A program made the translations under genes and the position numbers. A stretch of 64,000 bases of DNA from a virus. The notes under the pieces are model-generated. The model was given only the letters and a program-made list of their open reading frames with translations, was not told where the DNA came from and did not search any database. The stretch covers positions 1 through 64,000 of the IMG/VR virus record IMGVR_UViG_3300045988_139474; one strand, written 5' to 3'. Shown here one piece after another: positions 61,001 through 64,000 of this stretch (the stretch's first letter is position 1; each line of letters starts with the position of its first letter).

Positions 61001-61044
61001 TTAGATTGAGGATTTCTATGCATGACTGTTCTCAAGTCTCAAAG

Positions 61045-61212
61045 ATTAATTTATTAGTTATATAATACCTGTGGTGTTGATATTGTATCACATCTATGAC
61101 ATTGAAATCGTATATTTCGTGGATAACTCGTTGTAACTCAATAGAAATTTTTAGACAAAATCTTGGACTTATGTACGGAATCTTGGCGGGTACAGAATCT
61201 AGATTGCAGTTT
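61045..61212 (-). repeat. ~170-bp repeat unit U4 (minus orientation)
   Basis: Reverse complement: ..GATTCCGTACATAAGTCCAAGATTTTGTCTAAAAATTTC..TTATCCACGAAATATACGATTTCAATGTCATAGATGTGATAC, then GGTATTATATAACTAAT. Confidence 0.85.
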
Positions 61213-61424
61213 CTGTATCCCAGCAGCAAGATTCATCAGTCAATCATTGATTTCCCTCTAATTGCTCAAGCAAGGATTTCAGTTTGTTCCCTTCCTGCTG
61301 ACTCAGGCTCCATACGGTCGGAGAAAGCCTCAGCAGTCTCAAATTTCTGTTTTTCATGCTCATGGCTGTAAAGTCTCAATTCAGGGCTTGGTTGAGTGTT
61401 GAAGAGGGTGTCAGGGTTGTTATT

Positions 61425-61592
61425 CTTCTATTAGATAATATATAATCTGTGGTTGTGTATTTGTATCACATCTATGACATTGAAATCGTATATTTCGTGG
61501 ATAAGTTTCTAATAAATCAGGGGAATTTTTAGACAAAATCCTGTCTTTATGTTCCGATTCCCAGCCGTTACAAGATTCATATTGCAAATCAG
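61425..61592 (-). repeat. ~170-bp repeat unit U5 (minus orientation)
   Basis: Reverse complement: TTGCAATATGAATCTTGTAACGGCTGGGAATCGGAACATAAAGACAGGATTTTGTCTAAAAATTCCCCTGATTTATTAGAAACTTATCCACGAAATATACGATTTCAATGTCATAGATGTGATAC. Confidence 0.85.
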
Positions 61593-61594
61593 CA

Positions 61595-61631
61595 ATAAAA
61601 AAGCCCTGCTAGCATGAAACTAACAGGGCTG
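61595..61631 (-). terminator. rho-independent terminator
   Basis: AGCCCTG-loop-CAGGGCT followed by TTTTTTATTG on the minus strand, after 61653..61943. Confidence 0.75.
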
Positions 61632-61652
61632 GGGTTGGGGTATGACTGTAGG

Positions 61653-61943
61653 CTAACGGAACAGCTCAGGGTGAGCTATCTCAAGGTCGATACAAGTGTT
61701 GCGGTAGTCAGGGTCAATGAAGGCATCTACTGACTCATTGCCCTCTTCGTCCACGATTGTCCGTTTCAAGCCTAAGACTGCTGAGTGTGTATTATTCATG
61801 TAATACTCTTCCATTACAATCAGCTTCTCACCATCACGGGATTCCACTTGGTCTTGAGAAAACTCGCAGTCAAGATTGCCGGCATATCGCTCTAACTCGG
61901 AAAGCTCGCATTCTACCATCACGTCATCTAATTGCTCATCCAT
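61653..61943 (-). CDS. small, very acidic protein
   Basis: 96 aa, roughly a quarter Asp/Glu. Followed by terminator 61595..61631. Confidence 0.65.
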   Translation of the reverse strand: MDEQLDDVMVECELSELERYAGNLDCEFSQDQVESRDGEKLIVMEEYYMNNTHSAVLGLKRTIVDEEGNESVDAFIDPDYRNTCIDLEIAHPELFR

Positions 61944-61959
61944 GCTTACGCTCCGTTGA

Positions 61960-63084
61960 TTATTCAGGTTTACCTTCTACAACTTTACCAGAGTGTACAC
62001 CCAATACGGTATAAGCGCAAGTGCGGGCTTTCTGGCCGTTGTAGTCGGTCGGTACAGACACGAAGTCCTCAGGAGCAACAGACACCTCAAGGATTACGCT
62101 GTCTCGGCCACTGCCATATTGCTCAGCGTATTCCAACGCGCCGACATGTAAGCCATGAGAACAGGTCTGATCTGGGTCATCGTTGACTTCTTCACGCGGC
62201 ATGGTAATAGTTGCGCCGATTTTGTTCTTAATCTTGTTTGAGTACAAGTCATACAAGTCTGGTCGTACAGCCTTGTAAGCCAAGACTGAGCCGTCTTCAC
62301 GCAATTTGATACAGTTATGCTCCAAGAACATGAACAGGGTCTCAAACACGCGTTTGCTAGGGTTCTTCGCCAGACGGTTGAAGAAGGCAATCACTCGGTC
62401 GGAATCCTCAGGCTGAGAAGCCAGTACAGGTTTGATAGTGCTGTAAACTTCTTCAGGGACTTTCTTGTCTTGAATATACAATACGCCGTCTTTTACAACC
62501 CAGCCATCAATTCCTAAGCTGTCCGCAATTTCAGCGACTGTAGCGGATTCAAAGTAAACAGCCAATTGCTCAGGTTTGAAGTTTTCACTAGCAACCAATT
62601 CTTCAATCTCTTTGAATGATGGTTCAGCAGTCGTAAAGACTTTAGTGGCGATGTCTGAGCCTAATTCACGGAACAGGTACACGGTTGAGGTGAACATGCT
62701 GTAGGAATATTTCGGCTTTGGTGCGGCCTTTTTAGCCTTAGATTTTGCCTTCGGTTTTGCTTTAGATTTGGGCGCGGATTTGTCCTTGGTATTCCCTACA
62801 GAAGCCGTATTTTTGGCCTCAGAAGCTGAACGTTTTGTTGGGGCTTTACCAGCCACTTTTTTCGATTTAGTTGATTTTCGGGCTTTTGTAGGGCGGTCTG
62901 CTTTCGGTTTGTCGGGTGCTGGGGTATCAGCTGTTTCAGGGTTTTGTCGGGCTAACTCGGCATAACGGCGCAGGGAGCGGTCTGAAACGCCAGACTGCTC
63001 AACAAATTCTTTCTTGGTACCAGCTTCGACAGCCGCAATGTAATCACGGCCAAGCTGGATGCGTTGTTCAGTTGTTAATTTCAT
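61960..63084 (-). CDS. putative DNA-binding protein (N-terminal HTH, Lys/Ala/Pro-rich linker, conserved C-terminal domain)
   Basis: Start moved to ATG 63084 (MKLTTEQR). HTH-like SGVSDRSLRRYAELARQ; histone-H1-like KAKPKAKSKAKKAAPKPK linker. Confidence 0.6.
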   Translation of the reverse strand: MKLTTEQRIQLGRDYIAAVEAGTKKEFVEQSGVSDRSLRRYAELARQNPETADTPAPDKPKADRPTKARKSTKSKKVAGKAPTKRSASEAKNTASVGNTKDKSAPKSKAKPKAKSKAKKAAPKPKYSYSMFTSTVYLFRELGSDIATKVFTTAEPSFKEIEELVASENFKPEQLAVYFESATVAEIADSLGIDGWVVKDGVLYIQDKKVPEEVYSTIKPVLASQPEDSDRVIAFFNRLAKNPSKRVFETLFMFLEHNCIKLREDGSVLAYKAVRPDLYDLYSNKIKNKIGATITMPREEVNDDPDQTCSHGLHVGALEYAEQYGSGRDSVILEVSVAPEDFVSVPTDYNGQKARTCAYTVLGVHSGKVVEGKPE

Positions 63085-63156
63085 GGTGTTTTGTCCTTTG
63101 ATCAAGAGGATTATTCAACAGCCTCAATCTACAACAGACTGAGGCTCAGAATTCAG

Positions 63157-63375
63157 TTATGCGGGCTTGCAGATAGGAAACCAACGGTCATGTTTGGTGT
63201 CGTAGAATTTACCGTTATTCTGGAAGAACATAGCATTCGTTACAGCCAGAGGCGCATTCAGTTCACGGCGGTCTTTCAATTTTGCTAACGCCCAAGCTTT
63301 GAATTCATCGGTCAGGTCAGACACTTTGAGATTGAAGCTTTCGGCGATTTGGCGGAGGGTTGTTTGCGGTTTCAT
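63157..63375 (-). CDS. hypothetical small protein
   Basis: Start moved to ATG 63375 (MKPQTTLRQI; SD AAGGAAA), downstream of class I promoter 63420..63446. Confidence 0.6.
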   Translation of the reverse strand: MKPQTTLRQIAESFNLKVSDLTDEFKAWALAKLKDRRELNAPLAVTNAMFFQNNGKFYDTKHDRWFPICKPA

Positions 63376-63419
63376 ATTGATTTCCTTTAAGTAGGTTGAG
63401 ATACCATGTTTATAAGCTG

Positions 63420-63446
63420 ATATCTCAACCGCCAATCTTAATTTTC
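63420..63446 (-). promoter_or_regulatory. class I phage promoter motif
   Basis: GAAAATTAAGATTGGCGGTTGAGATATCAGC, upstream of 63157..63375. Confidence 0.6.
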
Positions 63447-63923
63447 TGCTTTCTTAGTGACTTCTAAGCCGTGTTTGTCCATGTAGGTGTTGAAGCTTTC
63501 GGGCAGGTGTAGTCGGAGGACATTTTCAGGCTTCTTCACGTATTCTTTCAGCCATTCGGTCGCTTCAGCTACTGTTTTCTCAAAGTCGAAGCCAATCAAT
63601 TCGTCACGCATCGCAGTATGGTTTAGGCCGTCTGAATAGCAAGTCAGCATGAATTTGCTTCGCAGCAGAATGCTAAGATTGCCACGGATATGCCAAACAT
63701 CAATAGGCAGCTCAGGGACTAACTTCAGTAGCAGGTCTCCTGCATAGAAGCCTTTTGATTTTACAAACTCACGGTACTCGTTTGCATAAGGCTTCAAGTC
63801 AATATCCCGCAGATGTTTACCACCAATCTTAATCAGGGCTTCATGCATAGTCTTAGGGAATTCAATTTGAGTGAATCCCAAGTCTTTCAGCACTCTAGCT
63901 TTATCCCAGTCATATCTCGACAT
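63438..63923 (-). CDS. hypothetical protein; may extend upstream beyond the window
   Basis: The frame stays open from 63923 to 64000 (..NNRSEYIRDTKRFFFFAPSETKQ-MSRYDW) and no SD precedes ATG 63923. Its stop TAA lies inside the class I motif. Confidence 0.6.
   Translation of the reverse strand: MSRYDWDKARVLKDLGFTQIEFPKTMHEALIKIGGKHLRDIDLKPYANEYREFVKSKGFYAGDLLLKLVPELPIDVWHIRGNLSILLRSKFMLTCYSDGLNHTAMRDELIGFDFEKTVAEATEWLKEYVKKPENVLRLHLPESFNTYMDKHGLEVTKKAEN
63625..63636 (+). other. exact 12-nt AG-type DNA uptake sequence AGGCCGTCTGAA
   Basis: Plus strand AGGCCGTCTGAA, inside 63438..63923. Confidence 0.7.
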
Positions 63924-64000
63924 CTGCTTAGTTTCAGACGGCGCAAAGAAGAAAAAGCGTTTTGTGTCTCGGATGTACTCTGACCTGTTATTGCCGCAGT

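Noticed and set aside
54591-61592. Whether the repeat region could be a CRISPR array.
   Set aside because: The units are ~170 bp rather than 24-48 bp, and they occur in both orientations. They are separated by 120-3900 nt of partly homologous sequence rather than unique spacers of uniform length. No cas genes are present.
54591-61592. Whether the inverted repeat sets mark a transposon, IS or MITE.
   Set aside because: No transposase, recombinase or integrase is present between or near them, and I could not identify target-site duplications. The enclosed genes carry the same class I promoters as the rest of the phage. Inversion or recombination remains possible, but a mobile element is not supported.
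1-64000. Evidence that this is an integrated prophage or a plasmid (integrase, repressor, att sites, partition centromere).
   Set aside because: No integrase, CI/Cro-like switch, attachment-site repeats or host flanking genes are visible. The ParM-like gene alone is not enough to claim a plasmid-prophage lifestyle.

Overview
Best reading: a 64-kb piece of the early/middle (replication, nucleotide metabolism, host takeover) region of a large, probably virulent, tailed phage. About 105 genes and one tRNA all sit on the minus strand. No capsid, tail, terminase, lysis or integrase gene is recognisable, so the full genome should be much larger. Recognisable genes: ParM-like actin ATPase, NAD-dependent ligase, YadA-type trimeric autotransporter adhesin, ArdA-like protein, two HAD-like phosphatases, two AbiEii-like nucleotidyltransferases, a secreted DRGH nuclease, a compact bacterial-type RNA polymerase beta-prime homologue, a stand-alone Pol-beta 8-kDa domain, family A DNA polymerase, DinG/XPD-like helicase, DnaG-type primase, P-loop kinase, HD 5'-nucleotidase, ThyA-fold enzyme, dCTP deaminase, DEDDh exonuclease, dimeric dUTPase-family hydrolase, an NPPF adenine methyltransferase and a DUF4326-like protein. 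Most other genes are small ORFans that fall into at least ten paralogous families. Signals not explained by ordinary annotation: (1) a near-invariant ~30-nt promoter-like motif (AAAATTAAGATTGG-N4-TGAGATAT) present 23 times; (2) about 3 kb of non-coding DNA (54.3-55.4, 59.0-59.35 and 60.65-61.65 kb) built from five copies of a ~170-bp repeat in two inverted sets, each with a DnaA-box-like 9-mer, followed by related ORF-less leaders; (3) a beta-prime gene with no beta partner in the window; (4) a gene set resembling the 5-hydroxymethyl-dU/thymidine-replacement pathway; (5) an AT-rich two-gene module behind a 456-nt structured non-coding region. Exact AG-type DNA uptake sequences suggest a Neisseriaceae host. 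All functional calls rest on motif recognition by eye; no searches were run.
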